A DNA stretch of 64,000 nt from Octopus sinensis (GCF_006345805.1 NC_043008.1:67084001-67148000), one strand, 5' to 3'. Shown: positions 41,159 through 56,100, numbered from the stretch's first letter. Numbers and translations: made by a program. Notes: a model not told the origin generated them from the letters alone.

Positions 41159-42676
41159 ATAAATAGATAGATAGATATATATATACAGATAGATAGATAG
41201 ATAGATAAATAGATATAGATATATGCACACACACATGCATATATATATATATATATATACGTGCATCCATTCACACATATATACAAACATAAATCCCGGA
41301 ATTACCTAAGTTCTTTGAAACAAAACAAACGTCTTTTGTTGGATTCACCATTTTAATAAAATACTCACTCACATACACACACACACGTACATACATAGAG
41401 AGGTATATAAATACATATATATACATGTGTGTGTTTGTTCTAAACAGAGTACTCTTGTTTCACTCCCATGACTTCATCACTGCAAGTGTACTGAGCTAGT
41501 AGGAGTAAAACAATAGAACTGTTGTTGCAATCATCTATTTAAAATCTTCACCTTTAGGAGTTGAAGTGTACTTTATTCAGGACTAGGGTTATTATAGTCA
41601 CACATTATCATTCATTCATACATGCATTCATGAATAGATGTATGTATATACACACACTTATAGACATACACATATACACACACACATACAAGGATGCATG
41701 CATGCATGCATGCATGCATGGATGGATGGATGGATAGATAGATAGACAAACAGACAGATAGACCGACAGACAGACAGACACATACTAACACACATGCCTT
41801 TATCACTTGGCTTCACAGACAAATTTTCGTAATTAAATACTATATCACTGATAAGAAAAATTTGTTTCATTCTGAATCAGAAATTTAAAGAATGAAGGCA
41901 TTTGTCACGGTTTCTAACTATAAACAGCCTTTGGTTGTTGATCAAAGCTAAGATCTAGCTAGATGGTAGAATAATTTTGAAGCGGGACTTGCTCAGTTTG
42001 AAAAAAACTTCCCAGGTAACAAATATTTAAATGATACTTCGTGTATCCATTTAGTGGACAGGTATACTTCTATTCATTCTTCTATTTTGCTTCATTTTTT
42101 TTTCCTGTACAACTCTACATAACTTTGCAAAACTTATAAGTTTGAATTTTACCTTAAAAATTCCAGCATTTATGAAAACTAATACCAGTCTTTTACAGGA
42201 TTCAGTTTGATCAGATACACACAAATTTCCAGTCTTGTATGCATATACAATAACAAACATCTATGGCTTCCAGAAACCTGGAAATACTGTGCAAAATTAT
42301 GCAATACACTGTACCCTGTATTGAGTACACGGACCCTGTTTTTTGAAATTGTTTAATTTACACAAGATGTGTTAAAAATAGTCTTGTTCTTAATTTTTTT
42401 AATGTAGATTAATATATATCAAACATACTCTGCCTAAAAAGTATATCAATTTGTACATGTTTCTATTAAATAAACCATGTTCTTTACTTTTCTTCATTTA
42501 ATTTTTATCTTAGAAATATTAAAATAATATACTGTATACGAGGTACATTATGATATATTTTAAGAATTTCAAATGGATTAATAGACATTAAACAGACCCT
42601 GCTTTAGAAGTATATTAATCTAAATCTGTTAAATACAATTTAGCTCTTTAGTTTTCATAGTTTATTTTATATTTTT

Positions 42677-43087
42677 ATAGGTGTAGGAGTGGCTGTGTGG
42701 TAAGTAGCTTGCTTACGAACCACATGGTTCCGGGTTCAGTCCCACTGCGTAGCATCCTTGGGCAAGTGTCTTCTACTATAGCCTTGGGGCGACCAAGGCC
42801 TTGTGAGTGGATTTGGTAGACAGAAACTGAAAGAAGCCCATCGTGTGTGTATATATATATATGTATTTATGTATGTGTGTGTATGTTTGTTTGTCTGTGT
42901 TTGTCCCCCTAACATCGCTTGACAACTGATGCTGGTGTGTTTACGTCCCCGTAACTTAGTGGTTCAGCAAAAGAGACCGATAGAATAAGAACTAGGCTTA
43001 CAAAGAATAAGTCCTGGGATCGATTTGCTCGACTAAAGGCAGTGCTCCAGCATGGCCACAGTCAAATGACTGAAACGAGTAAAAGAG
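42677..43087 (+). mobile_element. SINE family B
   Basis: Same pattern. Confidence 0.88.
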
Positions 43088-43883
43088 TATATATCTAGAC
43101 TATCTCCAGAAAACTGGAAAATCCAGAAATCCAGACAACTTCCAGGCTCAAGTTTGCCTTGCTCAAGAACACAACATGCAGCCCGGTCTGGGATTCGAGC
43201 TCACAACCTCACAATCGTAAGCTTGACACTCTAACCACTGAGCCATATACAATAATTATTATTATTTCTAATGACTGATGCTGTTTCTTCTCCCTGCCTA
43301 TTTCCTAGTTGTCGTAACCTTTCCCATTTCCTTTCTCCACTCTCATCTTCCCCACTCACTTCATATCATGACTTTTCTCAAGTACTCGATCCCTCATTCA
43401 ATGAAGACCTACCTATAAAGATTGCAAGAATCATCATCATCATTTTTTTAATGTCCACTTTTCCATGCTTGTATGGGTTGGATGGAATTTATTGAAGTAG
43501 ATCTTTCAACAGTCAGATTCCCTTCCTGCTGCCATGTAAGGTAGTATTTCCTCATTGCCAGACATGTTAGAAAACAGGAGATGCAGATATGGCTTGTACG
43601 ACAGCCACACTAATTTACAGCCACACAATTTACAATTGGCATTAGGAAGGGCATCCAGTTGTAGAAACTCTGCCAGATCAGATTGGAGTCAGGTGCAGCC
43701 ATCTGGTTCACCAGACCTCAGTCAAATCGTCCAACTCATGCTAGCATGGAAAGCAGATGTTAAACAATGATGATGATGATGATGATACAATGTCAAGAGA
43801 AAGAGATACAAACATAGACACACTCACACACCTATACACATGCACACACACACACACACACAGATATATATATACATATATAC

Positions 43884-43960
43884 ATCATCATCATCATTGT
43901 TCGACCGTGGTCGAGACAATGGAATTTACCATGCTATGCCAGACTTCACGGTCCATCATG
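43884..43960 (-). mobile_element. 77-bp 5'-truncated LINE 3' end (RTE-like) with an 11-bp TSD
   Basis: MMDREVWHSMVNSIVSTTVEQ* plus a (TGA)n tail; TACATATATAC at 43873-43883 and 43961-43971. Confidence 0.75.
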
Positions 43961-46900
43961 TACATATATACACAAGAGCCTTCTTTCAGTCTCAGTTGAC
44001 CAAATCCAGTTTTAGCTTAGCCTAGACTACAATTGAAGACACTAGCCTAAAGTACCACACAGTAGGACTGAACCTGAAACCATGTGGTTGGGAAGCAAAC
44101 TTCTTAACCACATAGCCTTGTCTGTACCCAATGTCATTTCTATTTAAACTAACAAAACACATTGTAATAAATGCATAGTCATACATCTGTATAGCAATGT
44201 GGATGTTTGTCCGATATCAAAGTAATTTTCATGAAACAGCCATGCTATAAATAACAACAATTCTCTGAAGTAATCAGAACTTTGCATTAACATATTTATT
44301 TCCCTTGATTAGGTCTTTAATTGCCTAATTTCTATTGCAGATGGAATATCATATGTCTTTTAAATGGCAACGTTTTCTTTTCCGCTGTATAGAATTTTGT
44401 AGAATGTCTTCATTTAGTCTATGGAATCAAGTATCTAGTTTCAATTGATGTCTTCTAAATGCCTTCTCATCATCATCATCATCATTATTATTATATTATT
44501 ATTATTAAGAATAATAATAATAATAATAACAATAATAATAATAATAATAATATTGTTTGTTGTTGCTATAGGTGGTGATGGTAATTGTAGTGGTAAGGTA
44601 ATTGTGGTGGTGGTGGTGGTGGTGGTGATGGAGGTAGCACTAGTTGAGATAATGGAGTTTATTATACAATTGCTGTACATCATGATTTTTTTTCTTCTTT
44701 TGTAGAGTAGCTGCTATTGTCTGTGTTTGTATTTGTGGTGGTCTTTATTTTTGCTGCTGTTGGTAGCAGCAGCAACACCAGCAGTAGTGGTGGTGGTAGT
44801 GACTGGTATCATTGTTGTAGTGGTGCCGAAGTAGTTTTATTTTTTAGTGTTAGTAAGTTGACGTGGAGACAGCAAGGGCAAATGATTAACTAGTTCACCT
44901 GATGGAAGGTGGATAGAAACTGTGTATTACAGTTATAATAACTCCAGCCTTGTTACATTGTGTTACACTCATTCTGCCTAGGGATTATATTAAAGGTATA
45001 TTTGTCTGAAGGCGCATGGCTCAGTGGTTAGAAAGTCGAGCTTACGATCGTGATGTTGTGAGTTCGAATCCCGGACCGTGCTGCGTGTTGTGTTCTTGAG
45101 CAAGACACTTTATTTCACGTTGCTCCAGTTCACTCAGCTGTAGAAATGAGTTGCGACATCACTGGTGCCAACCTGTATCGGCCTTTGCCTTTCCCTTGGA
45201 TAAAACACTGGTGCCACGGAGAGGGGGAGCCGGTATGCCTGGGCGGCTGCTGGTCTTCCATAAACAACCTTGCCCGGACTTGTGCCTGGGAGGGTAACTT
45301 TCTAGGTGCAATCCCACAGTCAGTCATGACTGAAGGGGGTCTCAACATATGTCTGAGGAATACTCAGCCACCTGCATATTAATTCAAAGATCAGATCACC
45401 GAAACTGATGAATGTCCATTACTTAAGACTTAATATGGTGGTGACAGCATTGATGGTACAGTTATGAATATGTTTATCCTCCTTTCAGAAATCCAGAATT
45501 TCAAGAAATCTGTAAATGTGCAACAGTGTACAATATACTATACTCTGTTTCAAAGAAAGAGACCCTGTTTTTGAAGTCTTTTGATTTGTATAAATAAATG
45601 TTCCTTCTTGAGCCATGTCAGACTCATAAAGGCTGGTTTCCCGCTTTCAGTGGTGTAGAAATTCCCCACCTGAACGGGACGCCAGTCCACCTCAGGATTA
45701 CTCATTTTTGCCAGTTGAGTGGATTGGAGCAACATGAAAATGAAGTGTTTTGCTCAAGAACACAATGCATCGCCTGGTCCAGGAATCGAAACCACAACCT
45801 TACGATCATGAGTTCAACTCTCTAACCACTAAGCCATGCACCTCCACTTGATTTATATAAGACACATTAAAAATAGTTTTGTACTTAATTTTTTTATGGA
45901 GATAGATAAAGATTAAACATACTCTGCTTTAAAAGTGTATTAATTTGTACCTATATCTGTTAAATAAAATCATATCCTTTATTTTACTTCATTTAATTTT
46001 CATCTTATATACATTATACTGTATACATGGTGTATTATGATATATTTTAAGAATTTTTAGTGGATTCATAGATATCAAATAGACTCTGCTTCAGAAATAT
46101 ATTAATTTTAATCTGGTAAATAGAATTAGTTCTTTACTTTTCATAGTCTATTTTACAGTTTAAGTATGTATTCAGGCTATCTCCATAAAACCAGAAAATC
46201 CAGAAATGTAGACTACTTCCAGGTACAAACTTGCTGGATATTTACTCTGGTACAGTATTATCTTACAGATGATGCCAATGGCACGTTAAAGACACCATTC
46301 GAACATGATTGTTACCTGCGTCGCCTTACTACCACTTGTGCTGGTGGCACGTGAAAAAACATTCAAGCGAGGTCGTTGCCAGTGCTGCTGGACTGGCTCC
46401 TGTGCAGGTGGCACATAAAAAGCACCTTTTGAGCGTGGCCATTGTCAGTACTGCCTGACTGGCCCTCATGCTGGTATTACGTAAAAGCACCCATTACACT
46501 CTTGGAGTGGTTGGCGTTAGGAAGGGCATCCAGCTGTAGAAACTCTGCCAGATCAGATTGGAGTCTGGTGCAGCCATCTGGTTCGTCAGTCCCAGTCAAA
46601 CCCATGCCAGCAGGGAAAGTGGATGTTAAACGATGATGATGATGATGATGATACTAGTTGTTACAGTTTAACTCAGGGTCAGTCTTCATCCAGAAGACCT
46701 ATGATCAACAACATATGAACAATGACCACACTATTCAGTCCTTCTTCATAGTGTATTTAAGATTGTGAAGGCATGTGGCTAAGTGGTTAGGGTATTCGAC
46801 TTGTGATCATAAGGTTGTGAGCAAGGAGTGGCTGTGTGGTAAGTAGCTTGCTTACCAACCACATGGTTCTGGGTTCAGTACCACTGCGTGGCACCCTGGG

Positions 46901-47384
46901 CAGGTGTCTTCTGCTATAGCCTCGGACCGACCAAAGCCTTGTGAGTGGATTTGGTAGATGGAAACTGAAAGAAGTCAATGACTTCTTTCTACACATTAAA
47001 GGTACATAAAGTTTGCGCAAAGAGTAAAGACCCATTTCGGTCATGAATGACCATGGGATTGCACCTAGAAAGTTACCCTCCCAGGCACAAGTCTGGGCAA
47101 GGTTGTTTATAGAAGACCAGCAGTCGCCCATGCATACCAGTTTCCCCTCTCCATGCCACTGATGTTGTCCAAAGGAAAAGCAAAGGCCGATACAGCTTGG
47201 CACCTGTGACGTCGCAATTTATTTCTACAGCTGAGTGAACTGGAGCAACATGAGATAAAATGTCTTGCTCAAGAACACAACACACAGCTCAGTCTGGGAA
47301 TTGAACTTACTCTGACATCATTGTGAACTTGATGCTCTAACCCCGGAGTCATGCACCTTCATACATAAAAATTACAGCTATTAA

Positions 47385-47730
47385 AATACACTTAGATGTT
47401 GCAGTGAATGTAGATATCAGAAGAAAGTTTGAGATATCACAGTAATTTTAAATAACACAGTGAAGTTAAATGTCATACAGTAAATATTAGATATCACAAT
47501 GAAATATGATAGCACCATAAAATTGGATAACACAGTAAAAATGGATATCACACACACACACATACACATACAGATATCTCATAAACTTAGGTATCACCCA
47601 GGAGACTTGGATGTAACAATGAAGTAAGATAATACAATAAAATTAGAAATAGCAATAAGGTTGCATATAATAACAGTGTTAGATATCTTGCAGTAGAATT
47701 AGATTTCAGAGACTACATAGTAAAATATGT
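47385..47730. repeat. Degenerate minisatellite with a period of about 18 bp
   Basis: Units resemble TTAGATATCACAGTGAAA. Confidence 0.55.
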
Positions 47731-48810
47731 AACTAAGACTTATTAATATAAATTGAGGTTAAGACATGAACAAAGCAAAAAACTGGAGTAAAATACTGTC
47801 ATTATACTATGAAGGAAAAAGATGATGTTGATGTTGAGTTGTCCTTTGTCAAGATAGGAGAGAAGAAAGAAAACAATTAAAAACAAAAATACAGTATAGG
47901 ATTCTCAAAGATGATGATTGCTGCAATGACAAATGAAAAGTGAGTAAAGCTGGTGGTTTCCAGCAGAGAAGAGTGAGCATATGCAAAGGGAAATAAGCAT
48001 GAGAGCAGTCTATTGAAATATGTGTAGATGCATATGCATGTGTGTGTGTGTGTGTGTGCATGTATATTATCATCATTATCATGCAACATCCATTTTCCAT
48101 GCTTGTTTTGATTGGTTGGTTTGACAGGAGCTGGTAAGCCAGAGGACTGCACCAAGCTCCATTGTCTGCTTTGGCATGATTTTTACAACTGGATGTCTTC
48201 CTAATGCCAACCATTTTACAGAGTGGACTTGTGTGTGTGTGTGTGTGTGTCTCACTTATCCTATCTCCAATCTTTTCCTCTCCCCTTCACAGTTCTCTGT
48301 GTGTCACTCTCTCTCTCTCCCTTGCTCAAGTGGCTCACACATAACCATTGGCCACCTTTCTTCTCCTAACTTGTGTTTCTTTCTTTCTCTCCATTGTAGC
48401 TGGATCAAGGAAGACGTGTTCTTGTCTGTCTCTTGTCCAAGCTTGATTTACGGGTTTGCCACCACAACCTCGTTTCGGCTAGCAGCCCTTCCTGTTTGTT
48501 TTCACTGTCCTGTTTGTGTTACCAATTTTGAACCTCCACAAAATCCCTAATTTTATTCAATTTGCTTTGTGAGAGCAACTGTTTTATCGAAAGCATATCT
48601 TGTTAAATGCTTAAAATATGAGAGTAGAAAAACAGCCAACAATTGATGAAGAGTCGTTTTTTTGTGTTGTGTCTTGTTTTCCTTTTTGTGTTTTTTGCTG
48701 TTCAAAAAAATAGTTCATATTCCATGTACTCGTACTTCGTAATTTTTGTTATACATGTTTCGTGATGTCCTGTGCCCACATATGCATGTATATATACGTA
48801 TAGAAGTATG

Positions 48811-48852
<42 letters not shown>

Positions 48853-48959
48853 TATATATATTATGTATATTATATATATATATACGCACACACGCACACA
48901 TGCACACACACACATACATACAAACAGTGAGATGGGTATATGAAAATGTATACGTGTGA

Positions 48960-48994
<35 letters not shown>

Positions 48995-49336
48995 GAATTT
49001 ACAAAAAAACAAAAGGCATAGATGGGTATGTAAACAACAAACAGATGTATTAGTTTAATGGTTGGGACAGGAAGTGAGAAAGTCTTTTACATTTCAAGCC
49101 TATGCTCTTTGACAGAAAGGAACACAGAAATAAACAAGGAGAGAAAATGAAAAATGTTTAAAGAAAGGGAGGGAGAGAGAGGCAAGGTAACAAGCGCAGA
49201 TTGAGAAACGACAACAGGAAAAAGCAGCACAAAACTCTCTCAGCCCCTGAGTCACTCTGTAAGTTCAGCTGTTTATTAATAAAAACATATAATGCACTCA
49301 TGTGTTGAATTCTATTTTCTTGCTTGCATCACCAAT

Positions 49337-49392
<56 letters not shown>

Positions 49393-49400
49393 GTGATAGT

Positions 49401-49739
49401 GACCCCCTTCGGTCAGACACTGACCATGGGTTTGCACCTAGAGAGTTACTCTCTGAGGCACAAGTCTGGGCAAGGTCGTTTTATTGGAAGACCAGCAGTC
49501 GCCCATGCATACCGGCCTCCCCTCTCCACGTCACCGATGTTGTCCAAGGGAAAGGCAAAGGGGCCGATACAGCTTGGCACCCGTGACGTCGCAACTCATT
49601 TCTACAGCTGAGTGAACTGGAGCAACGTGAAATAAAGTGTCTTGCTCAAGAACACAACACGCAGCCCGGTCCGGGATTCGAGCTCACAACCTCACGATCG
49701 TAAGCTCGACGCTCTAACCACTGAGCCACGCGCCTTCAC
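49401..49739 (-). mobile_element. Young SINE family D
   Basis: Same family. Other copies at about 45005-45345(+) and 47030-47360(-). Confidence 0.88.
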
Positions 49740-50509
49740 TATATATATATACACACATATATATACACACACATATATATGAAAAAAATGTTTTCATGCA
49801 AAACCTTTAAGAGTGCTTCATAAAATAAATATATTATGTCACTTTTTATCTTTCAAAGAAAATGTGCTTCCAGCCTCTTCATTTCCCAATATCTTGCCCT
49901 ATCACTTCAATTTCGTACACAAATGTCTTTCTCTCTCTTCCTCTCTCTCTCTCTGTATTTACCTCTATCATTCCCTCTGTCATACATATGCTCTCTCTCC
50001 CTGTCTCTGTATGTCTGTTGTTTTATCACATCACCTCTCTAATCTTCTATTTTTGTTCTTATCATCCCTCCTCTCTTACTTGCTCTATCTCTTCTACTCT
50101 CACTCCTTCTTCCATCCCATACTATATTCTACACACACCTTCTACACTCTCTCTTTTTATGCCTCTAACTCTGTCAGTGTCCCATTTATCTATCAAATCT
50201 ACCTCTCTTTTATAACACATTCTTTCTCTCTCACATTTTTCTCAGGACAAACACCACTTTCTCCTTCCAGCATAACAGAGAAAGAGAGAGACAGAGAGAG
50301 AGCAGTAAAAAACAGCTAACACATTTTATAAATTGATATAGCAAGGAAACCACTTTTTTGTGAAGCATTTTCCATAATAATTCACCGATAACATTTGTTT
50401 TTGTTTTCAGGTACGATGTCCAAAATGTAATACATAAGTGATCTTGCCCAGCCACAATATTCAGTTCTTTTTTTTTATCTTTTAAAGTTCTACTTGCCAA
50501 TGTTTAATG

Positions 50510-50770
50510 CCGCTTTCTTCCAATCAGTTTCTTAAGCTTGACATCCATATCATCCGTTTTCTTCCATTGTTTCTTCCCCTCCTATCTTTCCAGTCATCGC
50601 AAAATTCTCCAGACCCTCTTTCCTCATCACATGTCCAAGAAATCTCAGTCATTTGGCCCTTATATCACAAAGCAGTTTCCTATTTACCACAGCCCAGGTC
50701 ATCACTTCTTCATTAGACACTTTGTTCATCCATGCTAACCACATTTCACAGCTCCCCAAACACTTTCTCA
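50510..50770 (-). mobile_element. RTE-clade LINE ORF2 C-terminal fragment
   Basis: EMWLAWMNKVSNEEVM..LRFLGHVMRKEGLENFAMTGKI. Confidence 0.75.
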
Positions 50771-50984
50771 TTCCTGATGTTATAGATAACATTAAGCAGG
50801 GGCTGTAACAATATATGTGCCCCTGATTCTGATGAATAGAAAAATTCTTCATTCATATTAAATAAAAAGAATGAATGAAACTCTCTAATTTTGTTAACAA
50901 TAACAAGTTCTTACATTTATTCAAATTAATTTTCTTGTCTTTAGTCATTAAGTGCTATCTAGAAATCAAAAGAAATGAAACCTA

Positions 50985-51495
50985 CTGTAAATCCTTAAAT
51001 ATAATCCACATTTTTTTCCCAAAATTTAAAGGTCAAAATCCCTAGTGTGTACTATATACGAGGTTAAAAATGAAAAATATTTTCTAAGCAATGTCCGAGT
51101 CTCTAGTTGCCATCCGGCAATGTTTATTCAGACGCATTTTGTGATGTCGGGCGCAAAAATACCTTAAGCTAAGCCTGAAAGCAATGATGTCATAAAAGTT
51201 TCATTCATAACTTGCAATAAGCAACATTTATTAAACGTTATTACTGTTATTTCTCTATTTTCTGCAAACAAAATGCACAAAAAAGCTACACATTGCATTA
51301 TGTTATATATACAAGAATAATAAAAGATGTTACTGTATACATTTTTACAAACCAAGGATGTTATATAGACCTCCTTGACTCAAGTTAGAGAAGGGGTGCG
51401 TATTATACACAAGGTTTAGGTTTTTCAGAGGTACAGCCTCCTAAAAATCCCCTACGTATCATACTCAAGGGCAGACTATACTCGAGGATTTACGG
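50985..51495. mobile_element. Non-autonomous Tc/pogo-type element with CCGTA ends
   Basis: TA|CTGTAAATCCTTAAATATA..TATACTCGAGGATTTACGG|TA. Confidence 0.65.
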
Positions 51496-53360
51496 TATTC
51501 TCTTCAAACTTTGCTTTTGTGACCTGGACATCAACGTTTTGAAACTGATCTATTTTCCATTACATTTCAGACAGATTCAACACGGAGTTGCGGAAGCAAA
51601 AATATCATTATAGCAAATATTCTGCTTGATACCATAGATTTGCCTGTCAGCTGCTTGACCTTAACCATTTGAGCATGTCTCTTAGTGGCTGCCAATATGA
51701 GCAGGAGTAGTCGGGGGAGCATACTAGCCATGTATCAAAAGGGATTTTGGGGTTTTGAATAAATATAACAAAAGCAAAATTTGAAAGAAATATTAGCCAT
51801 TTTTCATACTTTCTAGGGATCAGCAAACAGGAAATAACAGTTGCTACCCAAGGACAAAAATCGTGTTACACAGTGTTTCAATGAGTGTAATAAATAGATT
51901 CCAATACATACATATGCCAATATCACCAGCTCCACTGACCAAACTTCTCACACCAGTACCTTCTTCACTCCAGCACTAATATACATTACACTATCTCACC
52001 ATCACCACACACATATGATATAATCGACTTAATCCATCTGTCTGTCCTTGTTTGTCCCATCTGTGTGTAGCCCCTTGTGGGTAGTAAAGAAATAGGTGCA
52101 TTGATTCTAATAAATGAATAATTTTTAATTCTTTTTAAATAGTTTTCAACACACTAATGTTGGTAAAAGTAGCCAATTGATAATTTAATCTCTGATTCCT
52201 TGATTATAAGCCATTTCCACTGTGTGCATATGTGTGTATGTGGTGTGTGGAGAGTGAGAGAGAGATTTCTGTGTGTGTATGTATGCATATATACATTCAA
52301 ACATACACAAATATATATACATGTGTGTATGTATATATATATCATCATCATCATTTAAAATCTGCTTTCCATGCTGGCATGGGTTGGTCAGTTTGACTGA
52401 GGGCTGGCAAGCCAAAAAGCTGTACTAGGTTCCAATCAAATCTGGCAAAGTTTCTGCAACTTGATGCCCTTCCTAATGCCAACCACTCTGATAGTGTAGT
52501 GGGTGCTTTTACATGCCACTGGTACAAGGGTCAGTCAGGCAGTACAGGCATTGGCCACGCTTGAATGGTGCTCTTTATGTGCCACCAGCACGGGAGCCAG
52601 TCAGGTGGGACAGGCAATGATCATGCTTGAATGGTGCTTTTAACGTGCCACTGGCACAGGACCAGTCGGGCAGCACTGGCATCAACCATGCTCGAATGGT
52701 GCTTTTTATGTACACATAGTTGACATTAGGAAGGGAATCCAGCCATAGAAACCATGCCAAATCAGACTGGAACTTGGTGCAGCTCTCTGACTTACCAGTT
52801 ACAGTTAAACTGTATGACCCATGCCAGCATGAAAAGCAGATGTTAATGATGATGATGACATACGTTGTTGGGGTAACAATCTGAAGGAGTCCTCAATACA
52901 AACATAGAGTGCAGTAGTTAAGCTACTCCAGAATTTAAAAAATCTACCAGACTGTTTTAAATAAACGATGTATGTATGTATGTGTTGTGTGTGTGTGTGT
53001 GTGTGTGTGGGTGTGTATGTGTGTGTGTGTGTGTGTGTGTGCGTGTGTGCGTGTGGGTGTATGCATGTACAGGGCTGCATTTGAATAAAGTCTGGAACAC
53101 TAGCGTCTAGGGTCCAAAATCTAAGGGACATCTAAGGGCCAAAATCTAAGGGTCAAAGTGTATGGTATCTTTGACACTGCCGTAGGTCTTTTGGGAGGGG
53201 CTTCTTATGTAGAATAACCAATTACTTGGAACCTCTCTTAATTTAAATCTGGGTTTTATGTATATGTGTACACACAGAGTACTCAGCAATTCTATCAAAC
53301 GTTTATTTCTCTGAGAACAGATACCCAACCTTTGACCATCCAAGATGACAAGTCACATGT

Positions 53361-53553
53361 GTGAGTGTGTGTATGTGAGAGTGGGTGTAAATGCAAGTGA
53401 GAAAATGTGTGCGTATGTGTGCATGCGTGCGCGTGAGTAAGTGAGAGAGAGAGAGAGAGTGTGTGTGTGTGTGTGTGAGTGTGTGTATGTGAGAGTGGGT
53501 GTAAATGCAAGTGAGAAAATGTGCGCGTATGTGTGCGTGCGTGCGCGTGAGTA

Positions 53554-53590
<37 letters not shown>
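53361..53590. repeat. Tandem duplication, period about 114 bp, made of GT/GA-rich sequence
   Basis: GTGAGTGTGTGTATGTGAGAGTGGGTGTAAATGCAAGTGAGAAAATG at 53361 and 53475. Confidence 0.85.
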
Positions 53591-53598
<8 letters not shown>

Positions 53599-53612
53599 TG
53601 TGTGTGTGTGTG

Positions 53613-53669
<57 letters not shown>

Positions 53670-54059
53670 TGTGTTGTAGGATCGAACGTCGTAAAAAAAT
53701 GATTGATGAGAATTACGAAAGGAAAGTGGAAAAGAAAAAAGAAGAAAGTTAGAAAGGAGGGACGGACGGTAAATTCTTTTCAAGCAGGAAAGCGGAGGCG
53801 GGAGACTGTGACATAACATACTGCAGAGACGGGGGGGGGGAGAAAGAGAGAAAGAGATGCGTAAAAGAGACAAAATGATATGTAAGAGAGAAAGAGTGGC
53901 GTAGTACAGCGAGAAATACCATGTTCACATATGCACTCGCGCGCGCGCACACACGCACTCGCGCGCGCATACACGTTGTAGCACAGAGGTAATCCTGGGT
54001 GGGTGGATGGATGGATGGATGCACGGACGGAGACAATGTAGATAGATGGATGAACTGAC

Positions 54060-54400
<341 letters not shown>

Positions 54401-55175
54401 TGAAAGAGAATGACAACGCATTGAATTGAAAAGGAAGAAGAGAAACGAATATATAAACAGGGAGAGAAAGAAGTGACAACGAAAGAAAGAAGTGAGAATG
54501 GGATATGAGATAAGGGAGCTCGGTGCAGGGAAGAAGTGGGATAAAATGATAATGAAAGTGAAACTAACAGAATGAGGTGGGGGGTGAGAAGGTATGAGAC
54601 AGAAGGTAAGACGAATTGGAAGAGAGAGATTTTAGGAATGGACAAATGACAAGGAAAGAGAGAAAACGTAAACAGCGATGGAGAAATAGAAAGAAAAATG
54701 AACGTGTGAAGCGAGGAAGAATAAGAAAGAAAATTCCAATAACTCAGAAAGAAGAGATAAAGAGATCTGTGTATGTGTGTGTGTGTGTGTGTGTTGGAAT
54801 GCTGGTGACAAGGCGATTACAAAGTCGAGGTCCACCTGTCACAGCTAATTGCTAACAAATTCCGATTGTCTCACTTCGGACATTCCCGGTGATTTCCGAT
54901 ATTTTTAACGAATTTCTTGTTGTTAGTCACTGATCAGCCTTAGCTTTCCAGTTATGACAATCCAAATTATTTTATTTTATTTATTTTATTTATTTTATTT
55001 ATTTATTTTGTAATACGGTAAAGTGGGGTTTGAGGAAAATCTTGTATTGTTATTTCACTCCAAGAAGTGATCACTCAAAATAATTTTTGAGTGATCACTT
55101 CAAGACATCCATGTCCCACGATATATCACGATGGTCCATGGTAACGTTGTTGTCGTCGTCGTCGTCGTAGTAGTC

Positions 55176-55218
<43 letters not shown>

Positions 55219-55456
55219 CTATTGTTATTCATCCCCAGCTTATCCCAGAATGAGCAGACCTGTGATTAAAAGGTGTTCCAGTGGTGACCATCCCGTCTTT
55301 TGTCTCTCTTTTCTAAGGTGTATCTATGACTACATGAATCTAAATAGGTATTTATTATTTAAGATATAAGAATGAGATTGATGGTGGTGAGGGGGATTTG
55401 GCTGCTATTGAGTGCATCCAGAGTAACCACGTAGAAAATGACCATATAATTTAGAT

Positions 55457-55801
55457 CAACGGTTTTCAACCAGGATCTATGGCCCCTGCGAATAAGATTG
55501 AGGGGTTCACACAACAACGTAGTAAATTGAGGATCCACGATAATATTTTAAGTGCCCCTGAAAAAAATTTGCTTTAGATTTATGTATTGGTCTGTATTGC
55601 AAGAAACGGCGAGGTTTCTCTCTCTGACAATTTACATAGTTCAACTTACACAAGTTAATATGTGAAAAACAGAATAGGAATTTGAAAGAAATTTCTATAA
55701 AACTAGTTTTTAAACAGCAAATGGCTGGATGGTGGGAGCACCAGAATAAAATAGTAATCAAAGGGGTCCATAGGTAAAAGAAAAATGGTTGAGAACCCCT
55801 G
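55457..55801 (-). mobile_element. Second copy of the same hAT family, opposite orientation
   Basis: Internal sequence matches 21327-21632 in reverse complement; 8-bp TSD ATTTAGAT/ATTGAGAT. Confidence 0.8.
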
Positions 55802-56100
55802 ATTGAGATGATTTTCTCTAGTGTAGCTGTTATTATTATTTAGCCCCTTGATCGACTACACCAAAGGCATTCTATCCGTGCCCACTCCGTGTTTTATTGA
55901 GACAATACTGTATCATTTTTTCCAAAGAATACAGTATGATTTGAAAATTTGACTTATTTCTAGCATCTTCAATGACCACATAATCTCATTCCTTTATGTT
56001 CGTTTTTTTTTTATATAGATTTTGTTTAACACTAGTCAGGTGTGATCGGGCAGACTTAAGATCAAAAGCATTCCAGCTATGACCATCTCCTTTAAGCTTA

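Noticed and set aside
45480-45600. Strong acceptor plus a 35-codon open frame (NPEFQEICK..)
   Set aside because: No homology, and the frame runs into a SINE.
48635-48780. TTGATGAAGAG in a repeat resembling PLE remnants
   Set aside because: No closing stem II or GAAA could be found.
50400-50445. Strong acceptor followed by VRCPKCNT*
   Set aside because: Only 8 codons, next to a LINE remnant, with no partner exons.
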